Shown here in pieces: positions 42,413 to 52,840 of a DNA stretch of 64,000 nucleotides (within the stretch, counting starts at the first letter, position 1; each line of letters starts with the position of its first letter). The position numbers and the translations under genes were made by a program. The notes beneath the pieces were generated by a model. That model was given only the letters and a program-made list of their open reading frames with translations, had not been told where the DNA came from and did not search any database. Location: positions 4,384,001 through 4,448,000 of the forward strand of contig OY970303.1 in assembly GCA_963716255.1 (NCBI GenBank), given 5' to 3'. The stretch is from an uncultured Gemmatimonadales bacterium. GTDB lineage: Bacteria > Gemmatimonadota > Gemmatimonadetes > Longimicrobiales > Longimicrobiaceae.

Positions 42413-42545
42413 CGGAGCGGCACCGGACGGAGCTTGAACGGCCCCGGCCACCCGGGTAGCTTTGGGCCCGCCGCGCCCCGGGGAAGGCGGCGGGTCACCC
42501 GGCTCACGCGAAGCGTGAAACGCCCACCTGTTTTCGCGGACGACG

Positions 42546-44084
42546 ATGGATTCGATCCTGGACGAGCTGGAGCGCGACACCGGCCGCGACGCGGGGGCTG
42601 CCTTCCTGGAGCTGGCGGCCGATTACCTGGCGGAGACCCGCAATGGAGAGGGACCGGTGTCCACCTCCCGCACGCCCGCGGAGATCGCGGCGCGCTTCGA
42701 CGAGCCCCTCCCGCTCCGCGGGCGGCCGCTGGCAGAGGTGGTGGAGCGGCTGGGGCGCGAGGTGCTCCCGGACGTCAACCGCCTCTTCCACCCCATGTAC
42801 ATGGGCCACCAGGTGTCGGCGCCGCTCCCGGCGGCGATCTGGACGGAGTCGCTGATCGGGGCGCTGAACCAGTCGGTGGCGGTGTGGGAGATGTCGCCCG
42901 TGGCGACGATGGTGGAGCACCGGGTGGTCCGCTGGATGGCGGACCTGGCGGGCTTCGGTGCGGGCGCGGGCGGGACGCTGACCTCGGGCGGCACGGAGGC
43001 CACCTTCACGGCGCTGCTGGCCGCGCGCAACACCGTGGTCCCGGACGCGTGGGAGAACGGGGTGGGCGCGGACCCGCCCGTCGTCGTGTACGGCGAGCAC
43101 GCGCACTACGCGGTGGCCCGTGCGGTGGGCGAGCTGGGGCTGGGGATGCGAAGCGCGGTCGCGGTGAGGTCGCGCGGCTTCCGCATGGACACGGACGCGC
43201 TCCGCGACACGCTGGACGGGCTGGAGCGGGCGGGGCGCCGGGCGATGGCCGTGGTGGCGACCGCCGGCTCCACGGCGACGGGCTCCTTCGACGACCTGGA
43301 GGCCGTCGGCGCGCTGTGCGAGGCGCGGGGCGTCTGGCTGCACGTGGACGGGGCGCACGGGGCGTCGGCGCTGCTCTCGGCGGAGCACCGGCACCGGCTG
43401 GCGGGGCTGTCGCGGGCGCGCACGGTCGCCTGGGACCCGCACAAGGGGATGCTGCTGCCGCTGGCTGCCGGGATGGTGCTGGCCCGCGACGAGCGCGACC
43501 TGGAGCGCGCCTTCGCGCAGAAGGCGCCGTACCTGTTCCACGGCGGGGGGGACGAGCGGGTGACGGACCAGGGGGTGAGGAGCTTCCAGTGCTCGCGCCG
43601 GGCGGACGCGCTCAAGCTGTGGGTGGCGCTCCAGCGCTACGGGGCGGAGGGGATCGGCCGCGTGTACGACCACCTGTGCTCGGTGGCGCGCTCGCTGTGG
43701 GAGGAGATCGAGGAGCGCCCGGACTTCGAGGCGCTGCACGAGCCGGAGTCCAACATCCTCTGCTTCCGCTGGGTGGGCGACGGGTCGCGGGACGCGGAGC
43801 GGCTGGACGCGCTGAACCGGGCGCTGCGGCCGGCGTACAACCGCTCGGGCGAGGGGTGGATCACGGCGACGGTGCTGGAGGGGCGGCCGGTGCTGCGGGT
43901 GACGGTGATGAACCCGCGGACCACGGCGGACCACGCGCGGGCGATGCTGGATGGGGTCGCAGCGGAGGCGGAGAGGGTGGAGGCGGGGCTGCTGCTCGAC
44001 TCCATCCCCGGTGCGTTCGAGCGAGCGCGACAGGGGCTGCGGGAGATCGAGGCGGGCCAGGGAATCCCGCTGGACGAGTTCTGA
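42546..44084 (+). CDS. Group II PLP-dependent decarboxylase (DDC/GAD/Ddc-like)
   Basis: YMGHQ, SGGTEA, HAHY, TAGST.TG.FD, HVDGAHG and DPHK (PLP Lys). Confidence 0.92.
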   Translation: MDSILDELERDTGRDAGAAFLELAADYLAETRNGEGPVSTSRTPAEIAARFDEPLPLRGRPLAEVVERLGREVLPDVNRLFHPMYMGHQVSAPLPAAIWTESLIGALNQSVAVWEMSPVATMVEHRVVRWMADLAGFGAGAGGTLTSGGTEATFTALLAARNTVVPDAWENGVGADPPVVVYGEHAHYAVARAVGELGLGMRSAVAVRSRGFRMDTDALRDTLDGLERAGRRAMAVVATAGSTATGSFDDLEAVGALCEARGVWLHVDGAHGASALLSAEHRHRLAGLSRARTVAWDPHKGMLLPLAAGMVLARDERDLERAFAQKAPYLFHGGGDERVTDQGVRSFQCSRRADALKLWVALQRYGAEGIGRVYDHLCSVARSLWEEIEERPDFEALHEPESNILCFRWVGDGSRDAERLDALNRALRPAYNRSGEGWITATVLEGRPVLRVTVMNPRTTADHARAMLDGVAAEAERVEAGLLLDSIPGAFERARQGLREIEAGQGIPLDEF

Positions 44085-44253
44085 GCATGGCGCGCGTCGT
44101 CGTCGCGCCCATCACCATGGCCTTTCGCAAAGCACCCGTGTGAGTGTGAAGGCCCGTGCCGCGAAAGCCTTATCCGGCAACGCCTCCGCCCATGGAAGTT
44201 TGGCCTGGCCGGAACACTCCGCGCCGGGATGTATTTCTGGCGCCCGCCGCCGG

Positions 44254-44637
44254 TCAGCTGTCCAGCCCGCCCCGCACCCAGCCGGGCACGGCGACCCCCG
44301 CGGCACGGCTCCTCCGCGCCACCACCTTGCGCAGCTCCCTCGCCGCCGCGTACCGCTCCGCCGCCGGGAGGTGCCTCACGGCGCAGGCGAGCGCCACGCG
44401 CGCGGGCGCGTCGGCCATGCCGTCCTCCTCGACCGCCTCCATCCGGGCCAGCGTCACCAGCCGCCTGCGCGTGCGCGGCGCCGGGGTGCCGCCGTCCAGG
44501 AACCTGCGCAGCCCCTCCGCGCTCATCCCCACCATCCCGGCGACGTGCCGCAGGCTGGTCGCGTACGTGAAGCGCCGCGCCAGCGCGCGAAGATTTTCCA
44601 GCGACTCGCCGGGCTCAGTCGTCGCCGCATCGCTCAT
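44254..44637 (-). CDS. Small HTH-containing hypothetical protein
   Basis: ATG after GGAGG; SLRHVAGMVGMSAEGLRRFLDG helix-turn-helix-like segment. Confidence 0.65.
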   Translation of the reverse strand: MSDAATTEPGESLENLRALARRFTYATSLRHVAGMVGMSAEGLRRFLDGGTPAPRTRRRLVTLARMEAVEEDGMADAPARVALACAVRHLPAAERYAAARELRKVVARRSRAAGVAVPGWVRGGLDS

Positions 44638-44816
44638 CCTGCCTCCGTCGTTCGGGTGTCGGCTGCGGGCCATTGGCTAAGATGGTGGACAGAGTGGACA
44701 CCCGCAACGGCGCGGGAGCCGGACGGGTCGGCAGTGTTTCACCCCGATCGAAAGGGCCCTCCGCCGAGTCCGGCAGAGGGCCCTGTCGTTCGCTTCCCGC
44801 ACCTTCGCACTGCCGG

Positions 44817-45736
<920 letters not shown>

Positions 45737-45740
<4 letters not shown>

Positions 45741-47257
45741 GGGAGCGTCGCGGCGAGGGCGGGCTCCGGCGGGCGCGCCGGCTCGCCGGGGAGGACCCGG
45801 TCCAGCACCTTGGCCGAGCAGAGCACCCCCGGCATCCCCGCGCCGGGGTGCGTCCCCGCGCCCACGAAGTACAGCCCCTCCACGTCCTCGGAGCGGTTGT
45901 GGAAGCGGAAGTAGGCCGACTGCGACAGCCGCGGCTCGATCCCGAAGCCCGCACCCTTGGTGGAGCGCAGCTGCTCCTCGAAGTAGCGCGGCGTGACGTG
46001 GAACGAGGTCACCAGGCTGTCGCGCAGGCCGGGGAGCAGCCGCTCCTCCAGGTGGCCGAGGATGCGGTCCAGGTAGCGCGGCCCCTCCGCGTCCCAGTCG
46101 ATCCCGCTGTCGTTGTGGGGGACGGGCGAGAGCACGTAGAACGCCTCGTGCCCCGGCGGCGCCAGCGACGGGTCGGTGCGGGTGGGGGCGTGCAGGTACA
46201 GCGAGAAGTCGTCCGCCAGCTTCTTGCGCTCGAAGATGTCCTCCAGCAGCTCGCGGTAGCGCGGCCCCATCAGGATGGTGTGGTGCGCCAGCTCGGGATA
46301 CGTCCTGCGCGTCCCGAAGTAGGCCACGAAAAGCCCCATGGAAAGGCGCCGCCGGGCCAGCGAGCGGTCCGTGTGGCGGTGGCGGTGGCGCGCGGCGACC
46401 AGCTTGCCGTACACGTGCGTGGGGTCCGCGTTGGCCACCAGCAGGTCGCAGGAGATGCGCTCCCCGCCCTCCAGCCGCACCGCGCGGGCGCGGCCGCCCA
46501 CCACCTCGATCTCCTCCACCGGCGCGCTGCAGCGCACCTCGCCGCCCATCTCCTCCAGCAGCTTCACCAGTCCCCGCACGATGGTGGTGGTGCCCCCCTT
46601 GGCGAACCAAACGCCCCACTTCCGCTCCAGCCAGTGGATGAGCAGGTAGATGGAGGTGGTGTTGAAGGGGTTGCCCCCCACCAGCAGCGGCTGGAAGGTG
46701 AACACCTGCCGCAGCCGCTCGTCGCGGAGGTAGCGCGACACCATCCCGTACACGGTGCGGTAGCTCCCCAGCTTCACCATCTCCGGCACCACCCGCAGCA
46801 TCTCCGACAGGCGGTCGAAGGGGGCGTCGGCGAGGCGCGTGTAGCCCACGTCGAAGATGCGCTCCGCGTGCGCGGCCAGCCGGCGGTAGCCGTCCACGTC
46901 GGCGGGGCTCATCTCGCGGATCTGGGCGATGATGCGCTCCTCGTCGCCCACGTAGTCGAAGCGCGACCCGTCCGCGAACTCCACCCGGTAGAACGGGTCC
47001 ACCGGCACCAGCTCGAAGTAGTCGCGCGAGTCGCGGCCGGCCAGCGCGAAAAGCTCGTGCAGCAGGTAGGGCGCGGTGACCACGGTGGGCCCCGCGTCGA
47101 AGGAAAAGCCGTCCCGGCAAAAGACGCTGGCGCGCCCGCCGGGCTGGTCCGTGGCCTCCAGCACCGTCACCCGGTGCCCGCGCGCCTGCAGGCGGATGGC
47201 CGCCGCGAGCCCGCCGAGCCCCGCCCCGATCACCAGCGTCCGCCCGCTCCCGCTCAT
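45737..47257 (-). CDS. crtI: Phytoene desaturase
   Basis: IGAGLGGLA, FDAGPTV, VGGNPF and FVGAGTHPGAGMPGV. Confidence 0.93.
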
Positions 47258-48381
47258 GCGTGGCTCTCCCGCTCGCGCGCCCCCCCGGGGGCGCGCACCC
47301 ACTCGATGGGGTGCAGCGCCACCGCGGCGAGCTCCCCCGCCAGGTGGCGCAGCCCCGGCTCCTCCGCCATCCCCGGGGCGCCCAGCGCCTCCACGGCGGC
47401 GGCGTTGATCCGCGCCAGCACCCGCTCCAGCGCCCCGCCGCAGCGGAAGCGCTCCACCGCCAGCTCCACCTCCGCCTGCGGGGTCTCGGCGCGGGGCGCG
47501 GCGAGCAGCGCGCGCAGCCAGGGCGCGTCGCCCGGGTGCAGCGCCAGGTGCTCCACCACCAGCGCGCTGGTCTTTCCCTCGCGCAGGTCCGAGCCGGGGG
47601 CGCCGCGCCCCTTCTCGCCGAACAGGTCCAGCACGTCGTCCTGGAGCTGGAAGAGGAGCCCAAGCGCGCGGAAGCCGCACGCCATGCGCCGCGCCTCCTC
47701 CGGGGAGCGCCCCGCCAGCAGCGCCGCGCCCTCCACCGGGAGCTGGAAGAGCGGCCCCGTCTTTCCCTCGGCGACGGCGCGGTACGCCGCCCAGTCCACG
47801 TCGCGACACGGGTCCATGGCCAGCTCGGCGGCCTGGCCGCGCACGGTCGCCGCCGCGTGGCCGGCCAGGGAGCGCGCCAGCGTCCAGCGCCTGTCCAGCG
47901 GAGCTTCCAGGTGCTCCAGTGCCAGGTAGGGGAGCATGAGGAGGAGGTCGCCGGCGTTGACGGCCTGCGCGGCGCCGTGCAGCGCCCACACCGTGGGGCG
48001 GCCGCGGCGGACGCGGTCGCCGTCCTGCAGGTCGTCGTGCACCAGCGTGGCGTTGTGGAGCAGCTCGCAGGCGGCGGCCCAGGCGACCCCCGCCTCGCGC
48101 GGCTCGTCCAGCGCCTCCATGGCGGCGAGCGCCAGGCGCGCGCGGATCCGCTTCCCACCCGTGGCCAGGTGCCCGCGCACCATCGCCCCCACCGGCTCGC
48201 CTCCCGCCTCGTCCGCCAGCCGGTCCATCAGCGCCTCCACCTCCGGCAGGCACAGGGTGGAGCGGAGCGAGCCGGCGAGCGCCAGCGGCGCGCGCGCCGC
48301 GGAAGCGCGGTGCGGATCCGCCGTTTTCGCGTGGGCGGAGCGGAGCGGCGATTCGGCGGCTGCCTGGCCCGAAGGGTTCAT
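47254..48381 (-). CDS. crtE: Geranylgeranyl diphosphate synthase (start uncertain)
   Basis: GGKRIR, LVHDDLQD, RRG, KT and FQLQDDVLD. Confidence 0.88.
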   Translation of the reverse strand: MNPSGQAAAESPLRSAHAKTADPHRASAARAPLALAGSLRSTLCLPEVEALMDRLADEAGGEPVGAMVRGHLATGGKRIRARLALAAMEALDEPREAGVAWAAACELLHNATLVHDDLQDGDRVRRGRPTVWALHGAAQAVNAGDLLLMLPYLALEHLEAPLDRRWTLARSLAGHAAATVRGQAAELAMDPCRDVDWAAYRAVAEGKTGPLFQLPVEGAALLAGRSPEEARRMACGFRALGLLFQLQDDVLDLFGEKGRGAPGSDLREGKTSALVVEHLALHPGDAPWLRALLAAPRAETPQAEVELAVERFRCGGALERVLARINAAAVEALGAPGMAEEPGLRHLAGELAAVALHPIEWVRAPGGARERESHA

Positions 48382-48490
48382 GGGGGCGGTCGACTGGGTG
48401 GTTCGCCGCGCGGGGCGGCGGTCGCCCGGAAGGGGCGTTAGCCTGGACAAAGATTGTACACGCATGGATCGTGCACAAGGGTGGCGTGCG

Positions 48491-49723
48491 TCAGCTCCCC
48501 CCGGCCGCCAGCGAGGCGGCCAGCCGCAGACCGCCGGGGCCCAGCGCGGCGGCCACCAGCCGCCCGCGGACGCGCCGCGGCGCCCGGGCGAAGAAGCGCG
48601 CCATGACGCCGGCCAGCTCCGCGGCCGGGAGCCGGTCTCCCAGGTAGCCGGCCCAGTCCGCGTCCGGGAGCCGGAAGAAGGCGGCGAAGAAGTCGCGCGT
48701 GTCGGGGGCGTCCAACCGCAGCAGAGCCTCCATCCCGAAGCGCAGGAGCGCGTGCCGCCTGCGCCGGTCCGCGGGCCAGATCGCGTCCCACCCGGCCCGC
48801 GCCGCCGCCGCCGGGGATCCGTCGGGCCGCCCCAGCGCCTCCGCGACCGCCGCGGCGAGCACCGGCGCGTCCGCCAGCACGCGGGCCAGCAGGTAGCCGG
48901 TGGCCGGGTGCACCATCCCCGCCGCCCCCCCGAAGCCCACCACCCGCTGCCGCGGCGAGGGGAGCGCCCCGCCCATGGGGATCCAGCAGCGCTCCCGCTC
49001 GCCGCCCTCCGGGAGCGCCACCCCGCGCAGCGCGAGCCGGGCGCGCAGCCGGGCTTCCAGCGCCTCGAAGGAAACGGGCGGCCTTGCCACCAGTACGGTC
49101 TCCTCCACGAACACGGATCCGTCGGGAAAGGGGAGGGCGTACAGGAAGGTGGGCACGGGGGAGGGCGGGAGGCCGGCGTCGTCCCACTCCATCAGCGTGG
49201 CGCGGCCGGGCTCCACCCCGGGGACGGGGCCCGGGACCACGGCGCCGAGCGCGGTCTGGAAGCCCTGCGGCGGACGGTCGCCGCGGCGCACCAGGGCGGG
49301 ACGGTGGCCGGATGCATCCACCACCAGCCGCGCTGCCACCTCGCCGCCGCCGCGGAGGAGGGCGGTGCCCCCCGTGCCGCGGTGCTCCGCCGAGACGGCC
49401 TCGCCGTCGATCCAGCGGACGCCGCCTGCCTCGCAGCGCGCGGCGAGCACGCGGGCCAGGGCGTCGCGGTCCACGCGGACGTAGGCGCGGGGGAGGACGC
49501 GCGTCCGTCCCCCGCCGAAGCCGGCGGCCACCGTGTCCCAGCGGCACCCGGCGGCCTCCGGGAGCCCGGCGGCGTCCAGCTCGTCCGCCCAGACCCCGTA
49601 CTGCGCCGTCCAGCGCGGCGGCCCCGGCGGCCCCAGGGCGCCCACGCGCAGCCCGCGCCCGGAGAGCGCGGCGGCGGCCGCGAGCGCGGCAGGCCCCTTG
49701 CCGAGAACCAGCACGTCGAGCAT
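48491..49723 (-). CDS. Lycopene cyclase (CrtL/CrtY flavoprotein type)
   Basis: G.GPA, YGVW.DE, TFLYALP, FVEET.L, IPMGG and HPATGY. Confidence 0.88.
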   Translation of the reverse strand: MLDVLVLGKGPAALAAAAALSGRGLRVGALGPPGPPRWTAQYGVWADELDAAGLPEAAGCRWDTVAAGFGGGRTRVLPRAYVRVDRDALARVLAARCEAGGVRWIDGEAVSAEHRGTGGTALLRGGGEVAARLVVDASGHRPALVRRGDRPPQGFQTALGAVVPGPVPGVEPGRATLMEWDDAGLPPSPVPTFLYALPFPDGSVFVEETVLVARPPVSFEALEARLRARLALRGVALPEGGERERCWIPMGGALPSPRQRVVGFGGAAGMVHPATGYLLARVLADAPVLAAAVAEALGRPDGSPAAAARAGWDAIWPADRRRRHALLRFGMEALLRLDAPDTRDFFAAFFRLPDADWAGYLGDRLPAAELAGVMARFFARAPRRVRGRLVAAALGPGGLRLAASLAAGGS

Positions 49724-49764
49724 CCGTTCGGTCCCGGTGGGGGTGGGCGGCGGGTCGGGCGGCT

Positions 49765-49798
49765 TTGCACGAACCCTGGACGAACACTATATATCGCC
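49765..49798 (+). promoter_or_regulatory. Sigma-70-type promoter overlapped by 11-bp direct repeats (CarH/CarA-like operator)
   Basis: TTGCAC-N17-TATATA; repeats TGCACGAACCC, TGGACGAACAC and TATATATCGCC at 49766, 49777 and 49788. Confidence 0.6.
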
Positions 49799-49839
49799 GC
49801 GGCGAGCCGGGGCAAACACACGGTCTGCGGGGCACCTGG

Positions 49840-50949
49840 ATGATCGAGATGGGAAGCACCAGCCGGGAGATGGACCCCTCGCTCCTCCGCGCGCCGGGGG
49901 GGTTCGCCTGGTGGTACGCCGACCTGGTGGATCCCCGCGGCGACGGGCTGGTCCTCATCTGGTCGTACGGGCTCCCCTTCCTCCCCGGCTACGCGGCCTC
50001 GGCGCGCCGCGGCGCCCCGCAGCTCCCCGCGGACCGTCCCAGCGTCAACCTGGTGGCGTACTCCCGCGGCGTTCCCACCGTCTACCTTCTCCAGGAGTAC
50101 GCCGCGTCGGACGCGTACTGGTCCGACCCGCCCGGCCTCCAGCGGATCGGCGGGTGCCGCTTCTCGCGGAAGGTGGCGGGAGGGCGCTGCACACTGGATG
50201 CCGAGCTGGACTGCCCGGTTCCCGGCTCCACCGAGCGGCTGACGGGGACGGTGAGCATCCGGGGCGTCGCCCGCGCGCCAGGGCCGGACGGTGCGGGAGC
50301 CGGCGCCGCGCACGTGTGGACGCCGCTCACCGGCCCGGCCCAGGGGACGGCCGTGCTGCGCGTGGGAGGGCGCGAGGTGGCACGGGTGAGCGGGCGCGCC
50401 TACCACGACCGCAACGGCGGGAGCGTTCCGCTGCACGCGCTGGGGATCGAGCGGTGGATGTGGGGGCGCTTCCCGCTGGAAGGGAGGGAGGCGGTCTACT
50501 ACCTCCTGTGGCCGGCGGGCGGCGGCGCGCCCGAGTGCCTGGGGGTGACCGTGGACGCGCAGGGACGCACGGAGGAGGTGTCCGGGCTGGAGGTGGAGCT
50601 GGGGGCGGAGCGGCGCAGCTACGCCGGGCTCCGCTGGCCGGAGCGCATCGTCCTCCGCGCCCGCGGCGAGTCCTGGCTGGAGGTGCGCCACCGCGCCCTC
50701 GCCGACGTGGGCCCCTTCTACCTCCGCCTACTTTCCGAGGGGACCACGCCCGGCGGGGAGCGCGCCGTGGGGTGGGGGGAGCTGTGCGTCCCGGACCGGG
50801 TGGACCTCCCCGTCCACCGCCCCTTCGTGCGCATGCGCGTGCACCGCGTGGGCCAGGCCAACTCCGTGTGGCTCCCGCTCTTCGCCGGGCCGCGCGAGCG
50901 GCGGGTGGGGCGGCTCCTGCGCCACGCGCTGGCGGGAGCGTGGGGATGA
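49840..50949 (+). CDS. Carotenoid 1,2-hydratase-like protein (CrtC-like)
   Basis: GGFAWWYAD, HVW.P, AYHDRN.G, W.WGR and GPFY motifs in a crt context. Confidence 0.72.
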   Translation: MIEMGSTSREMDPSLLRAPGGFAWWYADLVDPRGDGLVLIWSYGLPFLPGYAASARRGAPQLPADRPSVNLVAYSRGVPTVYLLQEYAASDAYWSDPPGLQRIGGCRFSRKVAGGRCTLDAELDCPVPGSTERLTGTVSIRGVARAPGPDGAGAGAAHVWTPLTGPAQGTAVLRVGGREVARVSGRAYHDRNGGSVPLHALGIERWMWGRFPLEGREAVYYLLWPAGGGAPECLGVTVDAQGRTEEVSGLEVELGAERRSYAGLRWPERIVLRARGESWLEVRHRALADVGPFYLRLLSEGTTPGGERAVGWGELCVPDRVDLPVHRPFVRMRVHRVGQANSVWLPLFAGPRERRVGRLLRHALAGAWG

Positions 50950-52091
50950 GCGCGGGGTGGATCGCCTGGGGAGTGCTCGCGCTCCCCCCGCTGGCGGTGC
51001 TGGCGACCGCGGGCTTCAACCTGCTCGCCTGGCCGCGGGGGAGCGCCGCGGGCCGCGTCCGCGGGCGCGTGTCCGTGTGCATCCCCGCGCGCGACGAGGC
51101 CGCGCGCATCGAGCGCTGCGTGCGGGCCGCGCTGGCCGGGACGCAGGCCCCCGGCGAGGTGCTGGTGTACGACGACGGCTCGGTCGACGGCACCGGGGAG
51201 ATCGTGGCCCGCGTCGCGGCGGAGGACGCGCGGGTGCGGGGGATCGCCGGCGGGCCGCTCCCCGCGGGGTGGGTGGGGAAGCCGCACGCCTGCCACCGCC
51301 TGGCCCGGGAGGCCACGGGCGACGTGCTGGTGTTCATGGACGCGGACACCGTCGCCGGGCCGGAGTGCCTGGCGCGCCTGGGCTCGCTGCTGGAGGGGAT
51401 GGCGGCCGACGTGGTGACGGCCGCGCCGCGGCACGAGCTCCGCACCGCGGGCGAGCGGCTGGTGGTCCCGCTGCTGCACCTCACCTACCTGGCCTGGCTG
51501 CCGCTCCCGCTGGTGTGGCGCACCCGCGACCCGCGCTTCCTGGTCGCCAACGGGCAGCTCCTGGCCGTGCGGCGCCGCGCGTACGAAGCGGCGGGCGGCT
51601 GGGAGGCGGTCCGCGCCGAGGTGGTGGACGACATGGCCTTCTGCCGGCGGGTCAAGGCGAGCGGCGGGCGCGTCGTCTTCGCGGACGGGCACCGCATGGC
51701 GACGGTGAGGATGTACGACGGGTGGAGATCGCTGTGGGAGGGGTTCTCCAAGAACCTGTACGAGGGGATCGGCGGGCGGCCGGCGGCGCTGGCGGGGACC
51801 TTTCTCCTCTACGGCGGCGTGTTCGTCCTCCCCTACGCCGCGCTCGCCGCTGGGCTCGTGGGAATTCCGGCGCTTCTCGCCCCCGCGGCCGCCGGCGTCG
51901 CCGCCAACCTGGCGCTGCGCGCGCTGCTCGCCGCGCGCTTCCGCCAGCCGCCGGAGGGAGTGCTGCTGCACCCGCTCGGCGTCCTCGCCCTGCTGGCGAT
52001 CGCCGCCAACTCGCTCCGCTGGTCGCGCCGCGGCGCCATCCGCTGGCGTGACCGCGTCTACCCGTCGCGGGCGGCGCGCACCGCCTCGTGA
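50946..52091 (+). CDS. GT2 carotenoid glycosyltransferase (CruC/CrtQ-like)
   Basis: IPARDE, DDGS.D, GWVGKP.AC, FMDAD, ANGQ, VDD and RMY. Confidence 0.88.
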   Translation: MSAGWIAWGVLALPPLAVLATAGFNLLAWPRGSAAGRVRGRVSVCIPARDEAARIERCVRAALAGTQAPGEVLVYDDGSVDGTGEIVARVAAEDARVRGIAGGPLPAGWVGKPHACHRLAREATGDVLVFMDADTVAGPECLARLGSLLEGMAADVVTAAPRHELRTAGERLVVPLLHLTYLAWLPLPLVWRTRDPRFLVANGQLLAVRRRAYEAAGGWEAVRAEVVDDMAFCRRVKASGGRVVFADGHRMATVRMYDGWRSLWEGFSKNLYEGIGGRPAALAGTFLLYGGVFVLPYAALAAGLVGIPALLAPAAAGVAANLALRALLAARFRQPPEGVLLHPLGVLALLAIAANSLRWSRRGAIRWRDRVYPSRAARTAS

Positions 52092-52840
52092 GCCCGCCCG
52101 ACGCCCGCACCCCGTGGTTCCTGGCCGTGGCCCGGCGCTACGTCCGCCGCCGGCTCGCCCACGGGCTGGACGGCTTCCGCGCCGCCGGGCTGGACCGGGC
52201 GCGCCAGGCCGCCGCCGCGGGCCCGGTGATCCTGGCCGCGAACCACGTGAGCTGGTGGGACCCGTTCCTGGTGGTAGCCCTGGACGAGGCGCTGGGGACG
52301 GAGGGGTACGCGCTGATGGACGCCGGCAACCTGGGCGGGCTCCCCTTCTTCGCGCGGCTCGGCGCCATCCCGCTGGACCGCTCCACCCCCGCCCGCCTGC
52401 GCGCGGGGCTTCGTGCCGGCGCCGCCCTCCTGGACCGCCCCGGGCGCGCCGTGTGGATGTTCCCGCAGGGGCGGCTGCGCCCCGCGCACCTCCGCCCGCT
52501 CGGCATCCACCCCGGGATCGCGCTCCTCGCCCGGCTCGCGCCCGGGGCCTCCGTGGTTCCCATCGCCTTCCAGTACGCCTTCGGCGAGCACCCCGCGCCC
52601 TCCGCCCTCGCCTGGCTCGGCGAGCCCATCCCCCCGCGCATCGCCGCCTCGCCGGAGGGAACCGCGCTGCTGGAGATCGCGATGGAGGCCGGGCTGCGCG
52701 AGATCGACGCCGCGCTCGCCGGGGACGCGCCGCCGATGCCCGAGCTGGTCCGGTCGCGGCTGCGCCGGCCGGACGAGGGGCTGGGCTCGCGCGTGCTGGG
52801 CCGCTGGCGCGCCGGGGAGCCGGGCAGGGGCGATGGCTGA
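52088..52840 (+). CDS. PlsC-like acyltransferase (CruD-like carotenoid glycoside acyltransferase)
   Basis: ANHVSWWD and FPQG motifs; coupled to the glycosyltransferase. Confidence 0.85.
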   Translation: MSPPDARTPWFLAVARRYVRRRLAHGLDGFRAAGLDRARQAAAAGPVILAANHVSWWDPFLVVALDEALGTEGYALMDAGNLGGLPFFARLGAIPLDRSTPARLRAGLRAGAALLDRPGRAVWMFPQGRLRPAHLRPLGIHPGIALLARLAPGASVVPIAFQYAFGEHPAPSALAWLGEPIPPRIAASPEGTALLEIAMEAGLREIDAALAGDAPPMPELVRSRLRRPDEGLGSRVLGRWRAGEPGRGDG

